From the NCBI GenBank assembly GCA_029953675.1, contig JAMWBK010000010.1, positions 806,001 through 870,000 of the forward strand: DNA of 64,000 nt. The letters run 5' to 3'. Origin of the DNA: Rhodosorus marinus CCMP1338. Taxonomy: Eukaryota; Plantae; Rhodophyta. The notes under the pieces were generated by a model. The model had not been told where the DNA came from and did not search any database. It worked only from the letters and a program-made list of their open reading frames with translations. How positions within the stretch are numbered: the stretch's first letter is position 1; every line of letters starts with the position of its first letter. This document shows, piece after piece, positions 1 through 11,381 of this stretch. The position numbers and the translations under genes were made by a program.

Positions 1-410
1 TCGTTTTAAGAGCCGAGAGGGTTTTCCATGGAGTAAATGCTGGTGTTTGGTTTTGTTATTTTGATACGGAATGGGTCTTCTGGGAACGGCGTTTCTGAAA
101 TTACCTTATGTTCTCGGGTTTGAGCTTTAAGGGGGGGCGGTGAGGGGTTTTGACTGTGTTGGAAGGTTTTGCTTGAGAAGAGTGTAACATCATGAAACTA
201 CAGGAGGCGGAAGGCAATAGATACCTTTTTGAATTACGAGTGTTATGGTTTGGGTGAGGATGATTTCTTTGAGAGTGTGGACAAAGAAGACGCGAGAGTT
301 TTTGGACAAGGATTTCGTCCGATTTTTTGATGGGGGTCTGGTTGCCGGAGAAGAAACCAGCGGTTTGGAGTTACTCAGAAGTTGGAGAGTAGCTGTAAAA
401 GTATAGAAAC

Positions 411-3400
411 ATGGGGGAAAATGAAGATCGATTCGACAAATTTGACGGGAAACCGACCTCTGATTTTAACGGATGGCTGCGGAGCCTGGAGATGCGTCTC
501 GAGCGGGAAGGCCTTTGGGACGTTGTCAGCGATTATTTCCAATCGGAAGGTGGAAACAAGAGGTCCTCTGGAAGCCATGCGGTGATGTCTGAAACTAGAA
601 TGGAGTCCTTTAAAGACCCCGCAGTTGTCATGAAGGAAGGAAAGGCTTCCGCGCTGATTATCGAGGCCCTAGAGGAAAGGCCCCTCGCAATCGTTAACGG
701 TTTTCTCCGAGATCCAGTCGAGATGCTTAACCGATTGAGGGAGCAGTACTCCATAGCAGATACGTTAGTTCAGTTGGCAGTTCAGGATGAATTGTTCGCT
801 CTGGAATATTGCGGCGGAGATATCCTCGAGTACATCGAAGAGTTCGATGGTTGCGTCAGCCGTTTGCTAATAGCGGAACCGGACTTTCCGCAGGAATTGA
901 TTCTCAAGCAATTTTTCGAATCGCTGCGGAGCTTGTACGACACTCCGAGGCTGCATTTGCTGCGACGACAACATCTGACTGATCTGCACTGGGATAAAGT
1001 GTCGAGAATTCTCGTCGCAGAGGCAAATATTATTGCGAATCGCAGGCGGAACCGGAAGTCAACTCGCAGTGTCGCAAAAACGGGACCTTCCATCTCTAAA
1101 GTGATCACCGGGCCAGATGCATCGGACGCGGTTGCTGTTGGGGTGCTCGCGAAGAAGAAAAGCCCTGATCCGTCTCATGAAACCTCGGAGAACAACGTAA
1201 ATGAACAAAACGTCCACGAGCGAGTTCCTGTCTCTGCAACTAACTTGCAACTTGTGGAAAAGTCGAAAATGGTCGCCGCAGATGCGGGTTTGTCACAGAA
1301 TGCACTCCCGGGGCGAGAGAACGTTTCCGTAGACGAACGGAAAAGCTTGGAAGTGCCTACTCCGAAGGCACCGATTGCCGCTGAGGAAAGAACTAGTGAT
1401 CAGCAGCCCTTACCAGCGATGCAAGTTGCAGAACGTACGATGACGGCGGCACAGTCATCCCATACCGAACAGGAGCCGATTGAGGCACTGGAGTCCAGCA
1501 AGCAGGGTACAGCGGGCGAACCTGTCGCAAGCCTGAGGCTGTCACCCAAACTACGTGCCTTGCAATCGAGCAAACCTCGCGAAACAGGAAAACCCGCTGG
1601 TGCGGAGCGTTCGAGCTCGAAGTCTGTCGGTGACCAAGCTGGTCACCGACAAGTGGCAAGGGACACGCAATCGACTGACAAGAACATGGAATCCGATACA
1701 GAAAACAAGAGTCGCGTGGATTCACGTGACGTCAAGAGAGAGAGGAACATTGTCGAGCGTGAAGTACAAAAGCAACCAGTTCAGAAACCGAAACTGCCGC
1801 AATCGACGACAGCGACATGTGGAGAGCAGCGAGTAGAACCGGAACAAGGAGCTGAGGCTGATTCCGATAGTACGGAGACGGACACTAGCACGGAGAGGAA
1901 CCTGGTAGCGGAAGTTGAGCGATTGAGCGGTGGTGACAACCAGCACTCGTCCCCCGCCAAGAGCCCTAGAGCTGGTGGCTCGACTTCACAGGGAGCTACA
2001 TCGGTTGGTGGCAATGTTGATGCCAGTACCAAACGGGTTTTGAGAAGCAGCATTAGGGCATCAGTAACTGCGCAGAGGAAGATGACGGCAAATGTCTCCA
2101 AACCAGGTTCGAGCGAGAAGCGTGAAGCTCCGGCGGTACAAAAGGGTGCCCAAGGGTACGCTCAGAGCGACATCGGTAGGACGCGAGTACAATCAGATCC
2201 GCTCCCTCACAATGAAATTCGAATGGCTCCGAAACTGCCCAAGAAAATGCCGATCGAGCCTCTGGTGCGAAGGAATAGGCAGTCGAATAGTTCTCGCAAC
2301 GACCCAGGTTCGGATGAACAATTTGCACGCGGTGCACGCGACGTGCGCAGACGAGGGGTCCGGAGCAATGGCGTGGAAGCTCCCGATAATTCTGTTGTCA
2401 AAGCTGACATTGTCAAGAGCCCTGATGGGCCGTCCGCTGCTGCTCTGCCAAGTTCACCTATTGACCAAGTGACTGCCAAACGCCGGGAACCCTTCCATGC
2501 CCCGGTGCATGGCGAAAGCTCTGCTGATGATAGAGAGTCGCTGGGCAAAGAAAAGGGAACAGGCCGTCAAGGCCCAGATCCTGCCGCGGGGAGACTCAAA
2601 ACCCCGGAAGAGCGGTTCTCTGTGCTTCCGAAGCTGATGAACCGTCAAACCCCAGATTCCGGGAGGTTGAGACTGATTACGGAAAGTCCACCGACTAGTA
2701 GGGTGCTCAGTCAGCCGGGAATGAACCCTAGAGCAGTGGGATCGAGCACGACGGGACATACGAGCGAACGCCGCATTGGGGATGCGACTGTGCTGAGAGC
2801 AAGTCAGGAAATGCAGAGAGGTAAGGACTGGTCAGGATCAGCGGCCGAGAAGACGAACAACTCAGTGGATAAACGCGGAGCAGGTGAGACACCTCTTCGT
2901 GTCTCTCCCGTATCGGATGAATATCAAATGGCAATAGAGAGACAACGGGCGGAACAAAAACGAAGAGACTCGCAAGCATCTGCGCACATTGAGAGGAAGA
3001 CAAGCGTGTCCGCCCAAAGAACACCAGAGATGCGTTCTTTGCGCGATCCTAGGACGGCAGGCACGCCGAATGTGACGTATCGTGGCGCAGATCCCAGGTT
3101 GCGGCGAAATTATAATGATGGGGAAGACGCTGTACAAGGGGTAGAGAGGACGACCCCATCTCAGGAATCTGCTTTGCCAAAAAATTCTGGTGCTGGCACG
3201 AGCGGGACCGAAGCTCTGCTTGTGCAGACTGAGGAGGAAGCTGGACGATCCGCAGATGGACTTCGCGACGGTTCCCGGGCTAATCTCGGCAAGGAGAACT
3301 CCGCAAGTACTAGCCTGCCACCGGGCACCGACTCCAACGTCCGGGTTCAAGAGGAAGCGAAGGCGAGCTTACCTTCAGAAGCTGCTCAACGATCGTTGAC

Positions 3401-4844
3401 AAAACCCAGCGACCGTGTTGCACCTGACGTAGAAAAAAGTGCTAAAACTTCCCCTGATCGGGACACGAATGAAGCGCAAGCCTTGGACCTCGCGCGTTCA
3501 AGTAAACAACTGGAACTCGGTACGGCTGATCCGCAAAGCCCACGTGGATCACGAATCAGGGATAACCAGGAGCTGGCTTCAGCTAAGCCCTCGGAGGAGT
3601 GTGTTGCAGGAGGTTCGAGGTCGAACCACGCACGAACTGCTTCCGCTCGTCGAGAAGCGAGTGGTGCGGTACATACGGACATGGGAATAAGTATTGTTGT
3701 TCGAGAGGCGGAAAGAAAGGTCAAGGATGAGCCAGGGCTGCACAGCGAGCAGCGGGCAGCACCTGAAGGGGAGCCTAGCCCCTCTTATGCAAATGCGCTA
3801 GATGCTCACTATACCGGACAGCAAGCGAACAAACCAACCGGTGTTGCGAGACCGAAGCTCACCATGGTCAAGGACGAACCCGTGCTACGAAGAGATCAAT
3901 ATCCTGACGCAGGAACGCAAGTCAGGACTGCTTCCGACAATGAGGAGCTGCTTCACGACTCTCAAAGCGTCGGGCCGACTGGTCGCCAGGGAAGCGCGTT
4001 TCCTAGGGCGTCGATTACCCCGTTCAGAATTAAGATAAGTGGAAAATTGGTGGGCGACAGCGACCCCTTTTCTAAATGGAGCGGAGCTGTGGACACAGCT
4101 AAAGAGGTACCGAAGGATACCACTCCTGATGTGGGCGTTGGTAGTAGTCCAATTGCTGAGGCCAAAATAGGTTTGACAGCAGAACCAGCAGCGTCTGGAG
4201 CAGAACCACAGTCGACGGTGAATGGAGCCGAAAGCCCAAAGGAAACGGTAGGCAGAAACCTTTTCGGAGTGGAGGCTGACAGCATGGCAATTGTAGGCGA
4301 AGCAGAAGAGGTGATCACGTCCGAGAAGAAAGCAGATCTTCTGAACGGGGATCAGGTGACATCCTCTGACGCGCCTGGGTCTGGCGGTGGAAAGAAAGTG
4401 GTCTGGGCGAAGGAGCTGACGAGAGAGTACGCACTGACTGAGGTCCTGCCATCTGCGGACATTGAAGCGAACGTCATGGATGACCAGCACAGTAAGGAGG
4501 TCGGGGCTGTGTCGATGCAGACGCCAGAGGACTGCAAAGCTCCACCTGAAGAATCGAACGAGGATTACGATTACGAAGACTACGAGTATCCTTTGGAGGA
4601 AACAAGAATGCGGAACAAGCACGCGAGAAAGAAGAAAAGGGACCTGGACAGACGAGACCAGGTTGATGTCGGGTTATGCCCAACTTGTAAACGATTTCAT
4701 CCGGGAACTTGCCGCTACAATCCATCGCTCAACTCCAAGAGACGGAAGAGGATGGAAAAGAAGTCCAAGTTCCTAGAGAAAATCAATCAGCGATTCCATG
4801 CTGAGGAAATCACCAAAGCTAACTCCGGTTCGTCCCAGCCTTGA
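411..4844 (+). CDS. Ty1/copia Gag-derived protein (capsid-like N-domain, long low-complexity region, C-terminal CCHC knuckle); no pol
   Basis: Intronless 1477-aa ORF. The N-terminal ~210 aa (FDGKPTSDFNGWLRSLEMRLEREGLWDVV...MLNRLREQY...LFALEYCGGDILEYIEEF...FFESLRSLYD) follow the copia Gag pattern (DUF4219/Retrotran_gag_2). CPTCKRFHPGTC lies at 4677-4712. No protease, integrase or RT motifs downstream. Confidence 0.75.
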   Translation: MGENEDRFDKFDGKPTSDFNGWLRSLEMRLEREGLWDVVSDYFQSEGGNKRSSGSHAVMSETRMESFKDPAVVMKEGKASALIIEALEERPLAIVNGFLRDPVEMLNRLREQYSIADTLVQLAVQDELFALEYCGGDILEYIEEFDGCVSRLLIAEPDFPQELILKQFFESLRSLYDTPRLHLLRRQHLTDLHWDKVSRILVAEANIIANRRRNRKSTRSVAKTGPSISKVITGPDASDAVAVGVLAKKKSPDPSHETSENNVNEQNVHERVPVSATNLQLVEKSKMVAADAGLSQNALPGRENVSVDERKSLEVPTPKAPIAAEERTSDQQPLPAMQVAERTMTAAQSSHTEQEPIEALESSKQGTAGEPVASLRLSPKLRALQSSKPRETGKPAGAERSSSKSVGDQAGHRQVARDTQSTDKNMESDTENKSRVDSRDVKRERNIVEREVQKQPVQKPKLPQSTTATCGEQRVEPEQGAEADSDSTETDTSTERNLVAEVERLSGGDNQHSSPAKSPRAGGSTSQGATSVGGNVDASTKRVLRSSIRASVTAQRKMTANVSKPGSSEKREAPAVQKGAQGYAQSDIGRTRVQSDPLPHNEIRMAPKLPKKMPIEPLVRRNRQSNSSRNDPGSDEQFARGARDVRRRGVRSNGVEAPDNSVVKADIVKSPDGPSAAALPSSPIDQVTAKRREPFHAPVHGESSADDRESLGKEKGTGRQGPDPAAGRLKTPEERFSVLPKLMNRQTPDSGRLRLITESPPTSRVLSQPGMNPRAVGSSTTGHTSERRIGDATVLRASQEMQRGKDWSGSAAEKTNNSVDKRGAGETPLRVSPVSDEYQMAIERQRAEQKRRDSQASAHIERKTSVSAQRTPEMRSLRDPRTAGTPNVTYRGADPRLRRNYNDGEDAVQGVERTTPSQESALPKNSGAGTSGTEALLVQTEEEAGRSADGLRDGSRANLGKENSASTSLPPGTDSNVRVQEEAKASLPSEAAQRSLTKPSDRVAPDVEKSAKTSPDRDTNEAQALDLARSSKQLELGTADPQSPRGSRIRDNQELASAKPSEECVAGGSRSNHARTASARREASGAVHTDMGISIVVREAERKVKDEPGLHSEQRAAPEGEPSPSYANALDAHYTGQQANKPTGVARPKLTMVKDEPVLRRDQYPDAGTQVRTASDNEELLHDSQSVGPTGRQGSAFPRASITPFRIKISGKLVGDSDPFSKWSGAVDTAKEVPKDTTPDVGVGSSPIAEAKIGLTAEPAASGAEPQSTVNGAESPKETVGRNLFGVEADSMAIVGEAEEVITSEKKADLLNGDQVTSSDAPGSGGGKKVVWAKELTREYALTEVLPSADIEANVMDDQHSKEVGAVSMQTPEDCKAPPEESNEDYDYEDYEYPLEETRMRNKHARKKKRDLDRRDQVDVGLCPTCKRFHPGTCRYNPSLNSKRRKRMEKKSKFLEKINQRFHAEEITKANSGSSQP

Positions 4845-5345
4845 CTGCGATCATTCCGCTGTCTTTTTACACGAACGGCTAGGGTTACTGGGGCGACATC
4901 CATTGTACTATAGTAACTAAAATTTTTGTTTATTATAATAACCGTTCTTGAGACTTCATAACTGGCCAGTGCTACCCCTTCACTGTACGATGAGTTCAAT
5001 GCACAGATGATTCCTTCCCAGGTGCAAAACCCAATAGCGCTAACCCCAGCGTCATCGCGTTTTCATCGGGAGGTGATCTTTGTAGTGTAAAACGCAAACC
5101 AGTACGATCTAATACACCAAGGAACACACCCAGTCGATACCATCTGTCCAAGTCAGTCCAAGTCAGAACCGGCTTTGATGGATCAAGCCCACAATCGGCA
5201 TCCAACGCGAAACGTCAAGCCAGGGTCTCAGCCAGGGTCTCAGTTGGTAAGGTGACTGAAGCGACTTCGTAGTCTTAGCACGATCTAAAAGATAGTTGAT
5301 GCCATCTACTGCTATTTTCAAGGTTGAAGCAACCTAGACGCAACT

Positions 5346-5605
5346 AATTAAACGCAGCTGATCCCATCTACTGCTACAGTTCTGGCAGAAGCAAGGCAGC
5401 AATCGACACCCATAACACTAGCAGTCTGGATCCCCATGGTCAGTGTCATCGCGCTCTATCAAATGAAAACGATGAAAACGGAAAGAGGATCCGGAAAGGA
5501 AGGTGACTTTGTAGTCTACACTACGACCTGGAACCATAAAATTAAACGCAACTGATCCCATCTAGTGCTATTGTCCTGGCGGAAGCAAGGCAGCAATCGA
5601 CACCC
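5346..5605. repeat. Imperfect 66-bp direct repeat (5346-5411, 5540-5605) plus a partial third copy near 5298-5330
   Basis: Manual alignment gives 60/66 identity between the two copies. Confidence 0.9.
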
Positions 5606-6053
5606 TCAGGTTAGCAAAGGCAACCTCGATCGTCCACGGTCGGTGACATCGATGAGCAAGTTGAAAAGATCTTGAACAGGAAATGAAGATGACGAGGGGG
5701 AGGTTGCCCATGACTGTGAAGCTTGGCCTTTGGTAGTCCAACGCCTTGGAGGGAGGGGGGGGAAGGGAATCCGTAGTAGAAGTGGATGGTATTGAGAAAG
5801 GGTGAAAACCATCTCTTCTTCCAAAGGAAAGAAAAGGCGTCGCTTGGGGGCTTTCTTTGTTGAGGTTGGGGTGGCGGGGTTGGGTTTGGGGGGTGAAACT
5901 TTTTTTTTTGAGGTTTTCGAATAAAACGAAGGGAATACAAGATGAATGCTTTAAGGTTAACGGTAAGTGCATTTGGTTCTGTTAGATTTTGGCTTCTTCT
6001 CGCTGTTTTTTTTTTTGTTTGGATGGTTGTTTAGAGGGCGCTCGTCGAGAAGC

Positions 6054-7620
6054 ATGGGTGGCTGGGTGTGGGCTTGAGGATCTGAATGCGCTTCTTTTCG
6101 GAGTTTTCTTTAGAGATGTCTTGGTGCGTTCGGGAGATCGAGGGTGATCTTCGCTCGCGGAATGGCAGATTTCGTTAGGAATAAACCTCACATTGCTATC
6201 GGGACAATTGGACACGTCGATCATGGTAAGACGACGCTCACGGCAGCAATTACAAAGGTCCTTGCCGAGGAAGGCAAGGCAAAGTTCAAAGGATACGAGG
6301 AGATCGACAAGGTGAGTCAAATTGATTGGCTTTTGCCGAGATTTATCCTCTGCGAAATGTGACTGAAGAAATGCGCTCTGTTCTTCTATTGATCTGAATA
6401 ATAAAAAGGCCCCAGAGGAGCGTAAAAGAGGTATTACGATCGCTACAGCGCACGTCGAGTACGAGACAGAGAAGCGCCACTACGCACACGTTGATTGTCC
6501 CGGACATGCAGATTACGTCAAGAACATGATTACTGGTGCTGCTACTATGGACGGTGCCATCCTAGTGGTGTCCGCTGCCGATGGACCTATGCCCCAGACT
6601 CGTGAACATATCCTCCTCGCTCGTCAGGTCGGTGTTCACAACATCGTGGTCTACCTGAACAAATGTGATATGGTTGACGATGAGGAGCTCATCGAACTTG
6701 TAGAACTGGAAGTTCGAGACCTTCTCACCTTCTACAAGTTCAATGGCGACGACATCCCCGTCATCCGAGGATCAGCTCTCGAAGCTCTCAACGGAGGCGA
6801 TGCAAAGCTGGGGAAAGAGTCAGTCTTATCACTGATGAAGGAGGTGGATGAATCTATTCCCGAGCCAGTTCGAGAGCTAGACAAACCTTTCCTCATGTCC
6901 ATTGAGGATACCTTCTCAATCCAGGGACGTGGAACAGTGGTTACCGGCAGAGTGGAAAGAGGAGTAGTGAAGACTGGGGAGGAAGCTGAAATCGTCGGGT
7001 TCAAGGAAAAGGCGGCAAAGACAACCGTTACTGGCATAGAGATGTTTAAGAAGAATCTTACTCAGGGCCAGGCTGGAGATACCCTCGGATGTCTGCTCCG
7101 GGGTGTTAAGAAGGAAGAAGTCTTCCGTGGTATGTCGCTCTCGAAGCCGGGTACTGTCAAAGCCCAGACGAGCTTCGAGGCCGAGCTTTATACCCTCACC
7201 AAGGAGGAAGGAGGAAGACACAAGCCGTTCTTTAAGAATTATAGGCCAGTGTTCTTCATCGGAACTGCAAACGTCACCGGCGGAATCAAGTTCAAGGATA
7301 AGCGAGAGATGGTACGTGTTCTTTCTTCCAATCCCTCATTCCAATACCGGAACAGAGCAAAGGCACCTCGTGGGAGCGCTCCTGCAAGATGACCATTAGA
7401 CAGTCATTTCCAGCGCATCTTTCCTTCATCACGAGACGCTGCTCAAACGAGGTTGTCATTTCTCTTTGTGGATTTCGATTAGGTAATGCCTGGAGACAGC
7501 TTGACCGTAGACGTGAAGCTCGAAGAGCCAGTACCTGCGTTCGAAGGTCGACGATTCGCTGTTCGTGAGGGAGGTAGGACCGTTTGCGCTGGCGTCGTCA
7601 GCAAGGTCCATGATAAGTAG
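6054..7620 (+). CDS. TUFM: Elongation factor Tu, mitochondrial (spliced)
   Basis: Motifs [38 protein letters not shown] and REGGRT. Introns at 6312-6408 and 7312-7482. A probable short first intron (6066-6113) gives an Arg-rich presequence [20 protein letters not shown]; the start is inferred. Confidence 0.95.
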
Positions 7621-8114
7621 GAGATTGCGAATCACAACAGGATCTGTACATGCTGAGGTTCGTAGCTTGTGGGAAGCCCGAGATCTTACGGATACACAGA
7701 ATACGCCGCTCACTTTCCCCACGGAGATCAAGGCCATAGATTGTCCACAGCTTCCGTTGTTCACCGTCTGTATTAGCCGTGACAGCAAAAAAAGTAAGTT
7801 GGGAGCGCTCAGAATCGGACGTGCCGTATAAGTGGCCACGATCGAGCTCGAGAGTCAAGTAGCACATGGCAGACATGGAATAAATGAACTTTTTTTTTCT
7901 ATGATTCTGCTAACTCACCACCTTATCGAAGGGGATCCTACTTGAAAACAAAAAACGAATGCGCCTCAGTTTCTTGCAGAACTCGCTGTTCTCTTCTTTC
8001 CCTCAGGAAAATGTCGGGTGGTTCCATTCCACTCAAAGGCGCTCCTCCAACCCAAAGAAGCACAAGAAGTTTCTATATGTACACGGTGCGGGTTCCCAAT
8101 CCGCACCAACAGGC

Positions 8115-9421
8115 TCACAGAAATCCAAACTCTTCCTCGTCCTCTGTGTTTCGCTCCTCTCTGCGCCGAAGCCAGTTCTGGACCTTACATTCCGCTATCT
8201 GCTCATCAAGCACCGCCGCATCGGTGTACCGCTCTTCTTTGATCGCCTTTGCGTGCTCAGCCTTAAGGTAGGCAAGGGGGTTCACCGATCGAAGCTCATG
8301 CATGAGCTTCTCCGCCTCCTGTTCGCGATTGAGTCTCAAAGCAAGATCCAGTTGGCTCTTCAGAATCGACGTTTCCTTGTCTTCCGGCAACCTCGCCTTC
8401 TCTGCGACTAAATCGAATAAATAAATCATACGGGTTAAACCTCGTTGTGAGATTGAAGAACAGACATGCAGGGCAGTTGCCATAGATGCAGGTTCTAACA
8501 ACTCACGTATCATAGCGCTGGTCTTCGCCTTCTCATTGTACTTTGCAATCGTTGATGTTCCGTTCTCTATTTCCTTAGCGATGGCCTTTATAGAAACACC
8601 CCATTTAGCCAAGAGCCGCTTGTTCAGGTACAAAGGAGCTTGGTTCTTCAGGGCGAGAACGATCGCATCTGACGGCCTTGCGTCCATTCCAACCTGGTGG
8701 TAGGAGATTTCTTCAGGGTTAGCAATCTGTTTTGGCTTCACACATGTAAGAAAATACTTACTGTTCTGTAGCCAGTTCGAATCCAAATTCTCGCAAAGTA
8801 TATCTCATTCTGAACGTGCGTGATAGCACATTTCGAAACAATCCCATTGTTGGCACGGATCACGTTGGTGAAAAGGTCCTGTGTGGAAGGTCTAGACGTC
8901 TTGTCTTTGGCACCCTGGAGAAGAAATCAATTTTTGAACACGACAAGAATAAGAACCTTTCGTTGTAAGGAAACATAATTCTCTTAAACGCAAAGGTCCA
9001 TGGTTCCTTCACAGCAGAGTTCTAACCGAAAGTGCATATTTGATGGAGTCCACTTGAGACCCAGAGAGGGTCATCTTTAGCGCCTTGCTGTGCAATTTGA
9101 TTGGTGCCAGAGAGATGAGGCACGTCGGGCAGACCTCTTCCTTGTAGCTGACCTTTCTGCTCATCGTCAACACCCGAACTTCAGTGTAGTCAGTGTCCTA
9201 ATCGGCAAAAAAACAGAATCCAACCGCGGTGTTCGTGCGTTCGTCAGCTATGATCCTGATCAAGAGCAAAAAAGTCCAGTTGATATTTTGCTCACCTCTT
9301 CAGGCATCCATCCGCCCTTAAAATTCGGCGCTACAGTCGGATCCTGGCAAACCACCACCCTACTTCGACGCCAGCCTACAGTAGGCGTAAGTCCGGGGAC
9401 AAACCCAGTGATGAAATCCAT
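8115..9421 (-). CDS. Bifunctional nuclease (DUF151/BFN) domain protein with C-terminal UVR motif, likely plastid-targeted
   Basis: RPSTQDLF and DARPSDAIVLAL are DUF151 motifs. KAIKEERYTDAAVL is a UvrB/C-type motif. The N-terminus MDFITGFVPGL... resembles a transit peptide. Multi-exon. Confidence 0.85.
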
Positions 9422-11381
9422 TCCAAAGGAACCCAGGAAAAAAAAATTACTCTTCAATGTAAACGATACGACAGGTCTAGAGTTTCCCATCCACCTCTTG
9501 CCCGCCTAAGACTCCCCTCCCTCTCCCACCTCACAAGCTACAAAAAAAAAAATGTCAACAGGAAACCAACACCAAAACACCATACCCAGCGTAGACTACT
9601 TAAGCCCCAGCAACACTTCTTCCACGACAACGAAAGGGCTGGTCTAAAATTCTTATCCACCTCTGCCAGCACAAACCAACTCCTTCCCCACCCCGACGAA
9701 AAAGAAAGCCTTTCTATATACTCCTCCTGCCCCCCAGATGAGATACTTAACACACAACAAAAGCGCTACTCATCGTCAACAATGTCATTTAAGGATATCC
9801 AAACCCAATACTCTATATCTAATAGTCATATCATATGTACGAGACTATTCAGATGAGGGGTATTATTCAGTTTGTAGAAAACATGTACATACCCTATTAT
9901 ATAACTTTAGAGACCTTTTCGCGAAACCACCAAGACTCATCTACAGGGTATTTTTTTGTGGAATGATGCATGCACCTGTTTGCTTGTAATTAGGACTATG
10001 ACACTTAAAGATATATTCATTCTAGTATCGTTTAAGCGTCATCTGCGATCTGAGAAAAATCAGGTTATTGTCTGGGGGGTATGAGCCGTGTTTCGCGGGT
10101 CCCATTTTCCTTTTTCGGACAAATATTTGGGTATATTTGTTGGGTTTCTTGAAGGGTTCGGAAGGGACGAAAACTGCTCCTTGTGGGTGTTTCTTGGAGT
10201 GACTCTTACAGCAAACAAGATCATTGGCAGGATCAAATTATTTTTTTGAATTTTTGAGAGGAGGGATTCAGTCAATTACGTAAAGCTAGTTAGCGCCTTT
10301 ACGTACTGCAATAAACTGTATTTTAATGTATATTTACTAGGAATTTGTACAAACTTATTTTTAATTGTCGAAATATTGATTTTTCATCCATAGGCTTTTC
10401 TCTCCTCTGTCGATAAAACTTTTACTAATGTGCTAGAAGCTGATGTACTAACACGTCGGAGGCTGACTCGAAAGACGTCTTTCGGGGAGCGTCGATGGAC
10501 TCAGTGACTGGTACGCGGGCGAGCGATTCGACCGGTAAAAATGCTTCCGCGTATCCTCTCTTTCATAAAAGCATGTGATTCCTCGCGGTTCACGTTCTCC
10601 GGTCGTTCCACTGCACAAACTTGCGCGACTAGCATACCCGCGCGGTTAGAGGGGGGGGGGTCGTGTGGCCATTCCGCTCCAAACGTTCAGCATGTTCCTG
10701 AGCTACCTGGCGTGTAAGGTACACCGCTAAATCTACGTGTGTCATGGTCGAGCCACGAGGAAACCGTAAAGGCAGGAAGGACGCGGTCACCGCGCGACAA
10801 GAGGTTCAATCTGATGCCATCATCAGCCAACCTGCCCGGAGTATGGTATCCTGAGCGGACTAGTCGTCGGCTCTCTAATGGATTCCTGCCGCACGAGTGT
10901 GCTGAGCATATGAATGTTTAATGGTCGGCGGGAATGCTCAGACTGATCTGCCCGCGTTCTGATGGACGAAGTCTCCACGATCCATATCGGGCGGCTTTTC
11001 CTTTGCAGCCAGCAACCGAGGATCATTTATGCTCGACATGAGCTGTGCGGGGTGAGACGTAGCTGCCTATGAGGTTTTAGGCTCCAGTTCGCACATTATT
11101 TCCAATTGTTTACCTTCCACAAACATAAAAACAGTTCTCTAAATTATTCTTAAGTCCGCCCTTTTCACAACCAACATATGAGCTTCCTCATCCATTCTCC
11201 CATTCCCTTCCTTGGAGTACCACTCACAATCCCGCCTCAGGACTCTCGACATTCGCTTACTCGTCGCGAGGCAAGTTTTCCTTTCTATGGCCCTGATTGC
11301 GGGGACTCAATGTGGCGAGCACCGACTACGCCTTCGTTCGCTTCGGTGAGGCACCACATCCTCATGTTTCAAACCTGGCAA

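Noticed and set aside
3885-4622. 245-aa and other minus-strand ORFs within the Gag ORF
   Set aside because: Antisense shadows with no homology signal.
4996-5205. WYRLGVFLGV, resembling a death-domain motif
   Set aside because: Short, start-less frame bounded by stops; no further death-fold support.
1-5300. Full-length LTR retrotransposon around the Gag ORF
   Set aside because: No matching terminal repeats, PBS/PPT or pol motifs could be seen in the window.
10277-10305. 9-bp hairpin with a GCCTTTAC loop region (U5-like)
   Set aside because: Not the U5 GCCUUUUAC loop, and a stem this short is expected by chance in AT-rich DNA.
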